Notes under the pieces: generated by a model
The model's database searches: none
Seen by the model: only the letters and a program-made list of their open reading frames with translations
Told to the model about the DNA's origin: nothing
Position numbers and translations under genes: made by a program
Source of the DNA: Longimicrobiales bacterium
GTDB taxonomy: Bacteria; Gemmatimonadota; Gemmatimonadetes; Longimicrobiales; Gaopeijiaceae
Assembly (NCBI GenBank): GCA_965249725.1
Contig: CBDFMQ010000002.1
Span: 576,001-640,000, forward strand
Direction: 5' to 3'
DNA: 64,000 bases
Shown here: positions 41,210 to 51,836 of the stretch, in pieces
Layout: each line of letters starts with the position of its first letter
How positions within the stretch are numbered: position 1 is the stretch's first letter

Positions 41210-41215
41210 CCACCG

Positions 41216-42487
41216 GTGAGTGACGGGAGTGCGCTTCACGCCGTCGTTGTCACGGTCGGCGAGGAACTGCTCTCGGGTGAAACGGTCGAGACCAACGGTT
41301 CATGGCTCAGCCAGCAGCTGGCCGCCTTGGGAGTGCCGGTCACCAAGAGGCTCGTTGTTGGTGACGACCCGGATGCCATTCAGGCTGCCGTTTCCGCAGG
41401 ACTCCGGCTGGCGCAGCTGGTCATCGTCACGGGCGGGCTCGGCCCGACGAACGACGATCTCACCCGGCCGGCAGTAGCGGACCTCTTGGGGCTCGAGCTC
41501 GAACTGGATCAGGGAATTTTGGACGACCTGCGGGAGCGGTTTCGCAGTCGCGGCCTCACAGATCTCCCCCCGAGCAACATCGTGCAGGCTCAGGTGCCCC
41601 ACGGCGCGACCGCGCTTACCAACACCCGGGGGAGTGCACCGGGCCTGTGGATCGAGAGTGATCAACGGGTGGTCGTGCTCACGCCGGGTGTTCCACGCGA
41701 GATTTACGAGATGTACGAGGGGGAGATCGTGGGTCGGCTGAGGGACCACTTCGGATCACGCCTCACGCCCCTCGCCCATCGGATGTTCCACACCACCGGC
41801 ATCTCGGAGTCCCTCCTGGGGGAGCGTCTGGATGAGGTCGGCTCTGACCTACCGGGTGAGGTCACGCTGGCCTCCCTCCCGTATCTGGGAGGGGTTTCGA
41901 TACGAATCTCCACGGCGTCGGGCGACGCCGAGGAGGCCCAGATGCGCCTCGATGAGGCGGAACGGACCCTGAGTCCGATTCTGGCGCCCTACCGGTTCGA
42001 GGCGGAGTCAGGGGACCTGGTCGAGGCGGTCGCGGAGGAACTTAGTCGACGCGGTTTGACGCTGTCGGTGGCCGAGAGTTGTACGGGTGGTCTGATGGCC
42101 AAGCGGCTCACGGACCGCCCCGGATCGTCCACGTACCTGCGTGGAGGGGTTGTAGCATACGACAACGAGATCAAGAGCGAGGTGCTGGGGCTGGACGAAT
42201 CGGTCTTCGAGAGTGAGGGAGCTGTTTCGGAGGCCGTAGCAGGCGCTATGGCGCGGGGTGTGGCCGAGCGGATGAGAGCCGATGTCGGCGTGGGGATCAC
42301 GGGGGTTGCGGGGCCCGAAGGGGGCACGGACAAGACGCCCGTGGGAACGGTATGGTACGCCGTCTTCTTCGAGGATCGGGTCGTGGCGTCTCACAGGGTG
42401 TTTCCTGGGGATCGGGAAGCCGTCCGAGAACGAGCGGCTCAGGCCACCCTTCACCTGCTTCTCAAGACGATAACGGGCGTCCGTTGA
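41216..42487 (+). CDS. cinA: CinA (MoCF-like domain + NMN deamidase)
   Basis: GEELLSG, TGGLGPT.DDLT, AESCTGG, ITGVAGP. Confidence 0.95.
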   Translation: MSDGSALHAVVVTVGEELLSGETVETNGSWLSQQLAALGVPVTKRLVVGDDPDAIQAAVSAGLRLAQLVIVTGGLGPTNDDLTRPAVADLLGLELELDQGILDDLRERFRSRGLTDLPPSNIVQAQVPHGATALTNTRGSAPGLWIESDQRVVVLTPGVPREIYEMYEGEIVGRLRDHFGSRLTPLAHRMFHTTGISESLLGERLDEVGSDLPGEVTLASLPYLGGVSIRISTASGDAEEAQMRLDEAERTLSPILAPYRFEAESGDLVEAVAEELSRRGLTLSVAESCTGGLMAKRLTDRPGSSTYLRGGVVAYDNEIKSEVLGLDESVFESEGAVSEAVAGAMARGVAERMRADVGVGITGVAGPEGGTDKTPVGTVWYAVFFEDRVVASHRVFPGDREAVRERAAQATLHLLLKTITGVR

Positions 42488-43353
42488 AGCCCTGCGAGGA
42501 CGGCGTGCTCGAGGCTCCGGACGGAATCGACCTGCGCTGGGGCCGCTGGCTGCCCGAGGCGACCGAGCGCCGGGTCGTACGCGGAGTCGTGGTGCTGGTT
42601 CATGGCTACGGAGAGCACAGCGGGCGCTACGACTTGGTCACCGACTTCCTGGTTGGAGCCGGATTCTGCGTCGTCGCGTTCGACCAACGCGGTCATGGAC
42701 GGTCCGGCGGACGACCGGGCTTCGTCGCCGACTTCGACGAATTCCTGACGGACCTGGACGTCGTAATCGCCAAGGTGACTGGCGAGGACGGGTCTCGGGG
42801 GCCGGTCATTCTCTGGGGTCAGTCCATGGGAGGGCTCATCGTGCTGCGGTATCTGCAGACGCGTCCCGGGTCCGTGGCAGGGGCGGTGATCTCGGCCCCC
42901 TGGCTGGAGACGAAGATGAAGACTCCTTGGTGGAAGGTCACGCTCGGGCGTGTACTGAACTGGATCGCCGGTGCCGCGCGGCTGCCCCAGGCCCTCGCTC
43001 CGGAGACCCTGATGCGTGACCCGGAGCGGCAGCGAGCCTACCTCGACGACCCGTTGGTGCACCGCTTCATGACGCCGGGCCTCTATTGGGCGGTTCTCGA
43101 CGCACAGAGACTCGCGCTCGCCGATCCGGAGGGCCTAGAGGGGCCGGCCCTCTTCCTCGTGCCTCGGGCCGACGAAGTCGTTGATTCGGACACCACGATG
43201 CGCTTCTTGGAGCAGGCCGTGAGTCCGGACATTCAGACGTCCCTACTCGATGGATTGCGCCACGAACCTCACAACGAACCAGAGAGAGGGGAGGTCTTTG
43301 CCCTGGCGGGGACCTGGCTCGACAGCAACTTCCCCGGGGTGGACGCGACCTGA
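42484..43353 (+). CDS. Alpha/beta hydrolase, lysophospholipase (PldB-like)
   Basis: HGYGEHSGRY, DQRGHGRS, GQSMGG, catalytic D and H. Confidence 0.9.
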   Translation: MKPCEDGVLEAPDGIDLRWGRWLPEATERRVVRGVVVLVHGYGEHSGRYDLVTDFLVGAGFCVVAFDQRGHGRSGGRPGFVADFDEFLTDLDVVIAKVTGEDGSRGPVILWGQSMGGLIVLRYLQTRPGSVAGAVISAPWLETKMKTPWWKVTLGRVLNWIAGAARLPQALAPETLMRDPERQRAYLDDPLVHRFMTPGLYWAVLDAQRLALADPEGLEGPALFLVPRADEVVDSDTTMRFLEQAVSPDIQTSLLDGLRHEPHNEPERGEVFALAGTWLDSNFPGVDAT

Positions 43354-43460
43354 TCGGACGGTGGTTTGATGCCCGGGGCCTCCCACATACAGTCAGAAGA
43401 AGTAAATTCACCAACACGTAAGAAGAAGCGTGGTCCGTAGGACCCAGCATCGAGACGAGA

Positions 43461-44093
43461 ATGAGCGACAACGAAGCCGAGACTCCAGAAGAGATGGTCG
43501 ATCCGACTCCGACCGAGGCCGCCATGGAGGCCGGGCAGAGTGATGCCGTCGATCCCGAGGTGGAACAGACCGGTGGAATTGAGCCGCCGGTCTCGCCCGA
43601 GGCCTTGGAGGAGCTAGAGGTCGAGGAGGAGCTGGTACGGGACTTGGACCACATGCAGGCCGAGTTGACCACCCTGAACGATCGGCATCTACGTCTTGCG
43701 GCCGAGTTCACGAATTACCGCCGGAGGGCGGAGACGGAACTCTCGGAGGCTTGGGCCCGGGGTCAGGCGGACTTGCTGCGCACGTTTCTCGATGGCTTGG
43801 ACGATCTCCAGCGGGTCGGAGCGTGGCAACCCGAGTCGACCACGGTTGAGGCCCTGGTCGAGGGAGTGGATCTCGTCGAGCGGAAGTTCCGACAGGCCCT
43901 AGAGTTGGCTGGCGTGGAGGTGCTCGAGCCCCTCGGTGAGAAGTTCGATCCCAACCTCATGGAGGCCATGGTCACTGTCCCGACCGAATCACCGGTCGAG
44001 GACCACACGGTGCAGGACGTGTTCCAGAAGGGGTACCGCTTCAAGGGACACCTGGTGCGTCCCGCACGGGTCACCGTGTTCAAGCACGAGTAG
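43461..44093 (+). CDS. grpE: Nucleotide exchange factor GrpE
   Basis: [30 protein letters not shown]. Confidence 0.96.
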   Translation: MSDNEAETPEEMVDPTPTEAAMEAGQSDAVDPEVEQTGGIEPPVSPEALEELEVEEELVRDLDHMQAELTTLNDRHLRLAAEFTNYRRRAETELSEAWARGQADLLRTFLDGLDDLQRVGAWQPESTTVEALVEGVDLVERKFRQALELAGVEVLEPLGEKFDPNLMEAMVTVPTESPVEDHTVQDVFQKGYRFKGHLVRPARVTVFKHE

Positions 44094-44113
44094 CTGAGGC
44101 GATCGGAGAATAC

Positions 44114-45235
44114 GTGTCGACTGCGCCCAAGGACTACTACAAGACTCTCGGGGTCTCTGATAAGGCTAGCCAACCCGACATCAAGAAGACCTATCGGAAG
44201 CTGGCGAAGAAGTACCATCCCGACGCGAACCCGGGGGATGGGAAGGCGGACGATCGCTTCAAGGAGGTCGGAGAGGCATACAGCGTCTTGTCGGATCCCG
44301 AGAAGCGGAAGCAGTACGACAACATGCGGCGCTTGTCGAGCTTTGGATTCGGCCGGGGACGGGACGCGCCGAGGGGTGGTGCCCCCGGGGCTCCGCCGGG
44401 AGGCAGTTTTTCCTTCGAGGACCTCCAGGGCTTTGGAGGCCTAGGGGACATCTTCAGCTCGATCTTCGATCGTGGAGGCAAGGGCGCCAACGAGCCCAGG
44501 CCGAAGGGCCCCCGGAAGGGACACAACGTCGAGTACGTCGTGGAGATTTCATTCAAAACGGCCGTCCAGGGCGGCAAGATCTCCATCGATGTCCCCATCA
44601 CCGAGGGGTGTGCAACGTGCGGGGGCTCGGGCGCGAGTCCGGGAACCGAGACGAAGCGCTGCTCCGAATGTTCGGGGAGTGGGGCCATTTCGTTCGGTCA
44701 GGGTGGATTCGCGATCGACCGACCCTGTCCGGCCTGCTTCGGAAGAGGAAGCATTCCTGAGAGCCCCTGTAAGTCCTGTGCGGGTAGCGGGTCGGTCCGC
44801 CAGGACCGGAGAATGCAGATCACGGTGCCGAAGGGTGTCGAGTCGGGGGCGAAGATCCGAGCCACGGGGCAGGGTGAGCGGGGCAGTCAGGGCGGGAAAC
44901 CCGGAGACCTCATCATTACGTTCAAGATCAAGCCCCACGCCTTCTTCCGCAGGGAGGGCTTGGACATCCATGTGAAGGTGCCGATCAATCTCGTCCAGGC
45001 CACTCTGGGCTCGAAGATGGCGGTGAAGACCGTGGACGGTAAGAAGGTCCATCTTCGCATCCCACCGGGCACCCAAAGCGGGACCAAGTTCCGCATTCGT
45101 GGGCAGGGAGTGGAGAGGGGCGGCCGTGTCGGCGACCAGTACGTCGAGGTGGCGGTCGACATTCCCGAGGAGCTCAGCGATGAGCAGAAACAGGCGATGG
45201 AAGAGTTCGCATCCTCGTCGGGTCTCAAGCACTGA
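44114..45235 (+). CDS. dnaJ: Molecular chaperone DnaJ
   Basis: HPD J-domain, G/F region, four CxxCxGxG motifs. Confidence 0.97.
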   Translation: MSTAPKDYYKTLGVSDKASQPDIKKTYRKLAKKYHPDANPGDGKADDRFKEVGEAYSVLSDPEKRKQYDNMRRLSSFGFGRGRDAPRGGAPGAPPGGSFSFEDLQGFGGLGDIFSSIFDRGGKGANEPRPKGPRKGHNVEYVVEISFKTAVQGGKISIDVPITEGCATCGGSGASPGTETKRCSECSGSGAISFGQGGFAIDRPCPACFGRGSIPESPCKSCAGSGSVRQDRRMQITVPKGVESGAKIRATGQGERGSQGGKPGDLIITFKIKPHAFFRREGLDIHVKVPINLVQATLGSKMAVKTVDGKKVHLRIPPGTQSGTKFRIRGQGVERGGRVGDQYVEVAVDIPEELSDEQKQAMEEFASSSGLKH

Positions 45236-45238
45236 GGA

Positions 45239-46357
45239 CTATCCCGCCGGTGCTCCCAGTTCGACTTCCGCGCCCTTCACCGCTCGTACGATGCGACCAC
45301 CGCCAAGGACTCGCTCCCCGTCGAAGAAGACGGCGGACTGTCCAGGGGTCACGGCGTGCTGAGGTTCGTCGAAGGCGAGTGACACGCTGTCCCCGACCGT
45401 GACGACGCGCGCCGGCACGTCCGCGGCGCGATATCGGATCTGCACGCGAAGGTGTGACTCTGGGGCAGGTACGGTGCCCACCCAGTTGATCTCGCCGATC
45501 TCGACTCCGGGCGATTCACACTCCTCTCGTGTACCGATGACGACCTCGCGGGAGTCCGCGCGGATCTCGACGACGAAGAAGGGTTCCTCGAACCCCCCTC
45601 CGAGACCCTTGCGCTGCCCGACCGTGAAGTTGGCGTATCCGGTATGCTCTCCGAGCACCTCTCCATCGACAGACACGAGAAGGCCCGGCTCTAGGGCCGG
45701 ATGTCGCGACTCGAGCCGCTTGCTCAAGAGGTCCCTGTAGTCTCCGGTCGGCACAAAGCAGATCTCCTGAGACTCGGGCTTGTCGGCGGTGGTGAGGGTG
45801 AGTTCCCGCGCCATCTCCCTCACCTGCGGCTTCGTGAGTTCTCCTAGCGGAAAGTGGAGCAGGGGGAGCATCTCCTTGGGCAGTCCCCACAGGAAGTAGG
45901 ACTGATCCTTGCCGCGATCGATCCCCCTCAGGAGAGTGGACTCTCCTGAGGCCGAGTGCTCGATACGGACGTAGTGTCCCGAGGCGATGCCGTCGCACCC
46001 CAGCGCCCGGCCCCGTTCCATCAAGCCCTGGAACTTCGTGTTCGAATTGCATCGTACACACGGATTAGGAGTGCGCCCCCGGGCATATTCCGAAACGAAA
46101 TCGTCGATCACATCTCGGGTGAAATCCTCTTCGACGTCGAAGACGTAGTGTGGGATGCCGAGGGTGTCGGCGACCCGGCGGGCATCCTGGATGCCGTCCA
46201 ACCCGCAGCACGTCTTCGATGGGGCAGCATCGTCCGAATAGCAGAAGGTCTTCATGGTGGCACCCACCACCTGGTACCCCGCCTCGACTAGCAGCGCCGC
46301 CGCAAGCGAGGAGTCCACGCCGCCCGACATGGCCACGAGGATGCGCTTGTTCTTCAT
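45239..46357 (-). CDS. mnmA: tRNA 2-thiouridine(34) synthase
   Basis: AMSGGVDSS, TPNPCVRCN, KDQSYFL, SQEICF, PGQSAVF. Confidence 0.97.
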   Translation of the reverse strand: MKNKRILVAMSGGVDSSLAAALLVEAGYQVVGATMKTFCYSDDAAPSKTCCGLDGIQDARRVADTLGIPHYVFDVEEDFTRDVIDDFVSEYARGRTPNPCVRCNSNTKFQGLMERGRALGCDGIASGHYVRIEHSASGESTLLRGIDRGKDQSYFLWGLPKEMLPLLHFPLGELTKPQVREMARELTLTTADKPESQEICFVPTGDYRDLLSKRLESRHPALEPGLLVSVDGEVLGEHTGYANFTVGQRKGLGGGFEEPFFVVEIRADSREVVIGTREECESPGVEIGEINWVGTVPAPESHLRVQIRYRAADVPARVVTVGDSVSLAFDEPQHAVTPGQSAVFFDGERVLGGGRIVRAVKGAEVELGAPAG

Positions 46358-47511
46358 GCCGGTACGTTGCGATTCAGGATGCCGGCTACCACCGACAGGG
46401 TCGCCTCTGCGACGCGCAGGACGTCGTCTTCCGCGGTCGATCGACCCACGCTGAAGCGGAGGGCCGCAACGCCGTCCACGGCACCGTAGAGGGCCTCGAG
46501 CACGTGACTACCTCCCTTGCCTCCACTCTCGCACGCCGAACCGGCCGAAGCGGCGATTCCCTCCATGTCCAAACCGGCCAGCAGCAGCTGCGGATCCACT
46601 CCTGGGATTCCCACGTTGAGAATGTGGGGTGCACGCCGTGCCGTCTCACCGTGCACCCTGAGGCCATCGAGGCCGTTGCTCAGATGCTCCTCCAGCGTGT
46701 CGCGGAGTGCACCCAGCCGCGGAGCCTCGAGTTCCCGCTCGCGTACAGCGAGATCGACGGCGACGGACATGCCGACCGCTCCGGCCACATCCTCGGTACC
46801 GGGTCGCAAGGCACGTTCCTGTCCACCACCGAAGATGAGGGGTGACACCTCCACTCCCTCGCGCACGAAGAGTACGCCAGTGCCTTTGGCTCCGTAGATC
46901 TTGTGTCCGGTCAGCGAGAGGAGGTCCACGGGAAGGGTGTCCACTCGCACCGGGACCTTGCCGATGGCCTGGACCGCGTCTGTGTGGAGCGCCACCCCTC
47001 GTGCGCTCGTGCGTGCGGCGATCTCCTCCAGGGGCAGGTGGATACCTACCTCGTTGTTCACCGTCATCACCGAGACCACTGCCGGCCGATCTTCGAGAGC
47101 CTCGTCGAGAGCGTCCAGATCGACCGCGCCGTCGGGAGAGACCGCGAGCACGGAGCAGCGTCCACCTTGCTCCGCCACCTTGGCGGCCGCTTCGAGCACG
47201 GCGCGATGCTCGATGGCACTGACGACGGCATGGTCGGAGCCGCCGGTGGCCCGTACGGCCGCCGCTCGGCCAAGAATCGCCAGATTGTCCGATTCGGTTC
47301 CGCCGCGGACGAAGTAGATCTCACTTCGGCGAGCCCCCAATGCATCGGCGAGCCGTTCGCGCGCTTCCTCCAACCGAGCCGACGCACGCCTTCCCCACGT
47401 GTGTACGCTGGATGGATTGCCGAAATCCTCTTGAAGAATCGGCAGCATCGCATCCCGCACCTCGTCACGGAGAGGGGTCGTGGCCGCGTTGTCCAGATAG
47501 ATAGGTCGCAT
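46354..47511 (-). CDS. iscS: Cysteine desulfurase (IscS/NifS type)
   Basis: YLDNAATT, GNPSSVH, HTDAVQA, GHKIYG, SAGSAC. Confidence 0.93.
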   Translation of the reverse strand: MRPIYLDNAATTPLRDEVRDAMLPILQEDFGNPSSVHTWGRRASARLEEARERLADALGARRSEIYFVRGGTESDNLAILGRAAAVRATGGSDHAVVSAIEHRAVLEAAAKVAEQGGRCSVLAVSPDGAVDLDALDEALEDRPAVVSVMTVNNEVGIHLPLEEIAARTSARGVALHTDAVQAIGKVPVRVDTLPVDLLSLTGHKIYGAKGTGVLFVREGVEVSPLIFGGGQERALRPGTEDVAGAVGMSVAVDLAVRERELEAPRLGALRDTLEEHLSNGLDGLRVHGETARRAPHILNVGIPGVDPQLLLAGLDMEGIAASAGSACESGGKGGSHVLEALYGAVDGVAALRFSVGRSTAEDDVLRVAEATLSVVAGILNRNVPA

Positions 47512-47569
47512 ACGTTCCTGAGGGGCGGTAGCGGGGGAGGGCCGTTTCGGCCGACCAGGGTCTCCCCGT

Positions 47570-47971
47570 ATGTTCGACAACATACCGAATGACTTCAGGG
47601 TGGTGAACCTTGATCCCAACGCTGGAGCGTGGATGACCGGTACTCCGCCGCCGTTTCCGAGAGGACGGCCGCCGCAGTTCAGATCCACCGTGCACGGATT
47701 GGTGTTCGCGGGCCGTGATCGACATCTACAAGGTCTGGAAACCGGTGCAGCCCTCTATCTGATCCCCGATCCTCCCGACCAGGAGGCGCCCGAGGTGTGG
47801 GTGCACCGGGAAGGCGGAGACCTGTTGGGGCATCTTCCCCCTGAGATCAGCGCCTGGCTGGCACCCTGGCTGCTCGAGGGTGGCGGGGCGAACGCCAGGA
47901 CCATCAAGGTCCACGGCTCGGACGTGCCGAGCTGGAAGAGGTTGCTCCTCGAGGTTCGCTGCGCGGTCTAG
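47570..47971 (+). CDS. Stand-alone HIRAN-like domain protein
   Basis: TVHGLVF, L.LIPDP, VWVH, LLGHLP pattern; divergent from iscS. Confidence 0.65.
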   Translation: MFDNIPNDFRVVNLDPNAGAWMTGTPPPFPRGRPPQFRSTVHGLVFAGRDRHLQGLETGAALYLIPDPPDQEAPEVWVHREGGDLLGHLPPEISAWLAPWLLEGGGANARTIKVHGSDVPSWKRLLLEVRCAV

Positions 47972-48011
47972 CCGAAGATCATCCCACCGCCAGAAGGCGT
48001 CCGGCGGACGG

Positions 48012-49271
48012 TTATTCGAATCGCAGGGCGTGGACGGGGTCCAGGCGAGAAGCCCGATAGGCCGGAACGATACCGAAGAGCACACCCGTCACCAGGGCCA
48101 TGAGTAGGGCCGCCACTACGGCCCAGATGGGCACTGCGGCCGGGATGGGCGTCATGGCCGCGACCGCCTTCGCCGCCCCCGCACCCATAGCCATCCCCGT
48201 CGCTCCTCCGAGAAGAGTGAGCACCGCGGATTCGACCAGGAACTGCCAGAGGATTTCCCGTCGTGTGGCGCCCACCGCCTTTCGCACCCCGATCTCGCGG
48301 GTCCGCTCCGTCACGGAGATCATCATAATGCCGATCACTCCGATACCGCCTACGAGCAAGCCGACGGAGGAGAGTGCGAGCATCACGAGAAAGAAGACTC
48401 CGGTGAACTTGTTGAACGCCTCGATGATCTGGTCGGAGCGTAAGAGGGCGAAGTCGTTCTCTTCTCGTGGCCGCAGCCCACGCATAGAGCGCATGGTGCC
48501 GATCACCTGATCCATCACGTCCGATTGGACGGTCGAGTCACGGGGTACGACCCACACCCCCGCCTGCCAGTTGGAGGCCTTCAGCCTCTTCATCGCCGAG
48601 CTGTAGGGAAGGATGGCCCAATGCTTGATGGCAGCGGCGAAAATGTTGTCCTCGGTCTGGAACACGCCCACCACCCTGAAGGCCTCACTGACTCCCCGGT
48701 TACCCGCGCTGACGCGGATCTTCCGACCGATCGGGTCGAGCTCCCCGAAGAGCTCTTGGGCCAAAGGCACGGACAAGATGACCAGCGGGCGAGACTGGCG
48801 GACCTCCGCGGGTGTGAAGTCCCGACCCGACACGAACCGCCCTGGAGTGTAGGCCGGCCATCCAGCGTCATAGGCGGTGGACTGAATGTTCCTCACGCTG
48901 CGAGCGTCCACGGCCATGTTCGTTGTGAGACTGAAGTTGTACAAAGCCACTGCGACGTCGGGAAGCCGAGCGAGACGCACCGCCTCTTCGGGCTCGATGC
49001 GTGGTTTGTTCCACCAGGGGGGGCGGGAATTGCCCTGAACGAGCCGCACGCTCGTGAAGTCGAATCTCATCACGGAGAAGTTGTCCGGGCCTGCGGCCTC
49101 GAAGCCCACCATGATGGACTCGCGAATCCCCGTGACCATCGCCGCGATCATCATCACCACGCCCACACCGATCGCCACACCCAGGATGGTCAGACCGGAG
49201 CGGACCTTGTTGGCCCGAATGGAGTCGAGTGCAATGGAGACTCCTTCGTCGAGCGTGTTCAGGCGGCTCAT
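48012..49271 (-). CDS. MacB/FtsX-type ABC permease
   Basis: RSGLTILGVAIGV, VTERTREIGVRKAVGA, LDPV.ALRFE; no NBD. Confidence 0.93.
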   Translation of the reverse strand: MSRLNTLDEGVSIALDSIRANKVRSGLTILGVAIGVGVVMMIAAMVTGIRESIMVGFEAAGPDNFSVMRFDFTSVRLVQGNSRPPWWNKPRIEPEEAVRLARLPDVAVALYNFSLTTNMAVDARSVRNIQSTAYDAGWPAYTPGRFVSGRDFTPAEVRQSRPLVILSVPLAQELFGELDPIGRKIRVSAGNRGVSEAFRVVGVFQTEDNIFAAAIKHWAILPYSSAMKRLKASNWQAGVWVVPRDSTVQSDVMDQVIGTMRSMRGLRPREENDFALLRSDQIIEAFNKFTGVFFLVMLALSSVGLLVGGIGVIGIMMISVTERTREIGVRKAVGATRREILWQFLVESAVLTLLGGATGMAMGAGAAKAVAAMTPIPAAVPIWAVVAALLMALVTGVLFGIVPAYRASRLDPVHALRFE

Positions 49272-49272
49272 G

Positions 49273-50511
49273 TCACTCCTGCCTGAGCGCGTCGACGGGG
49301 TCGAGCTTGGATGCCTGCGAGGCCGGATAGACCCCGGAAGCGATCCCCACGGCAACGCCAAGAAACACGCCGAGGGTGATCCACTTGATGTCCACGGCCG
49401 CCGGTAGCGGTGAGAACGTGGCCACGAGGTAGGTGAGTCCGACCCCCACCGCGACCCCTAGAGCGGCTCCCACCCCCGACAGTGTGATGGACTCGATCAG
49501 CACCTGACTGAGGATATCACGACGACGCGCGCCGATTGCCTTTCTGACACCGATCTCCCGGGTCCGCTCCATGACGGAGACCAACATGATGTTCATGATT
49601 ACTACTCCGCCGACGACGAGCGAGATTGCTACCAGGCCGGGTAGAGCCAGGAAGAGGATCTGCGAGATCCGGTCCCAGAAGCTCAGCGTCTCGTCGGCCG
49701 TCTCCACAGAGAAGTTGTTTTCTTCCGCGGGCCGAAGGCGTCGCCGGGCCCGCATGACACCCTCCATCTCGCGCTGGAGCTCGCGTGTGTCGGCAGGATC
49801 CAGGGATTGGGCGACGACCTGATCGACGATGCCGCGAGGATTGGTGACCGCTTGGATGGGCGAGCGAGCCGGCGCGATGACCCGATTGTCCAGTGAGATT
49901 CCGAACAGGCTGCCCTGTTCCTGGAGTACGCCGACGACTCGGTAGGGAAAGCCACGTATCCGCACGCGGCGCCCTATGGGGTCCCGCGACTCGAACAGAA
50001 GATCTGCGGTATCGATCCCCAGAATCACGACCGCGGTGCCACGTTCGGCTTCCTGCGGAGAAAACGGGCGCCCCTTTTCGACGGCCAGGTCCCGAATCCT
50101 CAGGATCTCGGGCGACACCGCGGAGATGTTGACGTTTCCGGCCTTCCGGCCGTTGTCCGCCACCACTTCGCCACCGGTCTCACTCTCCGCTCCCACACGT
50201 GCCGGCACCGTGATCTGATTCTGGACGGCCTGCCAGTCCTCGTACGTGATGCGAGGCCGACGGGCCCGATCTCGGGCACTGAGTCCATCGCCGTTCGGTC
50301 CGTCCGACCATCTCCGCAGGGTGACGGTATTCACGCCGAAGATCACCGAGGAGAGATCGTCTCGGATGTACCGGTCCATACCTTCGACGACACTGACGAC
50401 CACGATGAGGAACATCACGCTCACGATGACGCCCAGAAGACTGAAGAAGCTCTTCAGCTTTTCAGTGCGTATCTGATAGAGGGCGAGTCGGACGCCTTCA
50501 GCGAACTGCAT
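49273..50511 (-). CDS. MacB/FtsX-type ABC permease (paralog)
   Basis: ERTREIGVRKAIGA, LDPVDALR; no NBD. Confidence 0.93.
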   Translation of the reverse strand: MQFAEGVRLALYQIRTEKLKSFFSLLGVIVSVMFLIVVVSVVEGMDRYIRDDLSSVIFGVNTVTLRRWSDGPNGDGLSARDRARRPRITYEDWQAVQNQITVPARVGAESETGGEVVADNGRKAGNVNISAVSPEILRIRDLAVEKGRPFSPQEAERGTAVVILGIDTADLLFESRDPIGRRVRIRGFPYRVVGVLQEQGSLFGISLDNRVIAPARSPIQAVTNPRGIVDQVVAQSLDPADTRELQREMEGVMRARRRLRPAEENNFSVETADETLSFWDRISQILFLALPGLVAISLVVGGVVIMNIMLVSVMERTREIGVRKAIGARRRDILSQVLIESITLSGVGAALGVAVGVGLTYLVATFSPLPAAVDIKWITLGVFLGVAVGIASGVYPASQASKLDPVDALRQE

Positions 50512-50525
50512 GGTTCGTCTCGGAG

Positions 50526-51821
50526 CTAGTTGGAGCCGTCGTCGCCCGAATCCTCCAGGGCTCGGACCGGGTCACCATCGGACAACTGCCGAATCTGTTG
50601 GTACGGACCCGCGACGATCGTATCACCCGCGTTGACTCCGCTGAGCACCTCGAAGTGCTCCTGGCCGGTGACCCCGATCTCGACCGGTGTGAAAGTGACC
50701 TCTCCGTCCACGACGACGAAGACTCCCTCTACATCAGTGTCCTGGGGTCGGCCTGCCGGGCCGAGTTCCCGAGCTTCCTGATCGTCATCATCGTCTGCCG
50801 CGGCTGCTTCCTCGTCGTCCTCGTTCTTGGCTCTCACGGTCAGAGCGATGATGGGAACGGAGAGAGCGTTCTTCCGGGTGGCGGTAACGATGTCCGCTGT
50901 TGCTGAGAGATCGGGCCGCACACCTCCCGGAGGGTCGTCCATGGTGATGACGACCTCGAAGTCGATGGCGGCCGTCTGGCCGCTGCCTGCGGTCGAAGCG
51001 GGTGGGCGAATGGCGCTGTTGCCGATCTCCGTCACCAGACCGCTGAAGAGAAGGTCGGGAAAGGCGTCGAGTTCCAGCACGGTGCTGTCGCCTACCCGGA
51101 TGTAGGGAATGTCCGTCTCATCGACCTCCAGGACGGCCTCGACACGCGAAAGCTCACTGATGGTCAGGACCAGGCTGCCCGGGTTGTTCATGGTGCCGAC
51201 GATGACCGTCTCGCCTTCTTCCACGTTCAATCGAGTCACTTTGCCGGAGATGGGGGCGGTGAACACCGTCTTACTCAGTAGTTCCTGAGCCTCCTCTAGC
51301 GCAGCCGCACTCTGCGCGACACCGAACTGGTTGGACTCGAGCTGGCGAGTAGCCAGCTCCACCTCGGTCTCGGCATCGTCCAGCAGTTGTCGGGCGATCA
51401 GGTCGGAATCGGTTTCGAACAGACTCCTGAAGCGTTCATAGTCCCGTCTGACACGCTCGAGACTGGCCTCCTGTTGTCGCTCCATTGCGACCGCCTGGTT
51501 CAGGGCGGCCTCAGAACGTGCGACGGTGGCGTCGAATTGGGTCGGATCGAGGCGGAGCAGCAGCTGACCGGCTTCCACGTCGTCGCCTTCGTCCACCCGA
51601 AGATCCACCACCTTGGCGGATACGTCCGAGCTGATATCCACGACTCGGCCTGCACGGATGTTGCCGCTTGCGGTGACCGTCTCAACGAGGTCCCTACGGG
51701 CCACCTCTTCGAGTCGGACTTCGAGGCCGCGGTTCCTTTGGCGCTTGACGCTCAGGGTGGCAGCGGTCCCCAGCACGGCGACCACCACCAGGCCGATGAG
51801 GAATTTGCGATTAGCAGTCAT
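50526..51821 (-). CDS. MacA-like efflux membrane fusion protein
   Basis: TASG, VDEGD.V..GQLL, APISG, VEEGE, VDETDI. Confidence 0.93.
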   Translation of the reverse strand: MTANRKFLIGLVVVAVLGTAATLSVKRQRNRGLEVRLEEVARRDLVETVTASGNIRAGRVVDISSDVSAKVVDLRVDEGDDVEAGQLLLRLDPTQFDATVARSEAALNQAVAMERQQEASLERVRRDYERFRSLFETDSDLIARQLLDDAETEVELATRQLESNQFGVAQSAAALEEAQELLSKTVFTAPISGKVTRLNVEEGETVIVGTMNNPGSLVLTISELSRVEAVLEVDETDIPYIRVGDSTVLELDAFPDLLFSGLVTEIGNSAIRPPASTAGSGQTAAIDFEVVITMDDPPGGVRPDLSATADIVTATRKNALSVPIIALTVRAKNEDDEEAAAADDDDDQEARELGPAGRPQDTDVEGVFVVVDGEVTFTPVEIGVTGQEHFEVLSGVNAGDTIVAGPYQQIRQLSDGDPVRALEDSGDDGSN

Positions 51822-51836
51822 GGGCGGTTCAATGCC

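Noticed and set aside
43354..45235. grpE-dnaJ without dnaK/hrcA; CIRCE element
   Set aside because: Split chaperone operons are common, and no CIRCE inverted repeat was found upstream.
45239..47511. iscS-mnmA pairing as novel
   Set aside because: Known direct sulfur-relay arrangement (as in Bacillus yrvO-mnmA).
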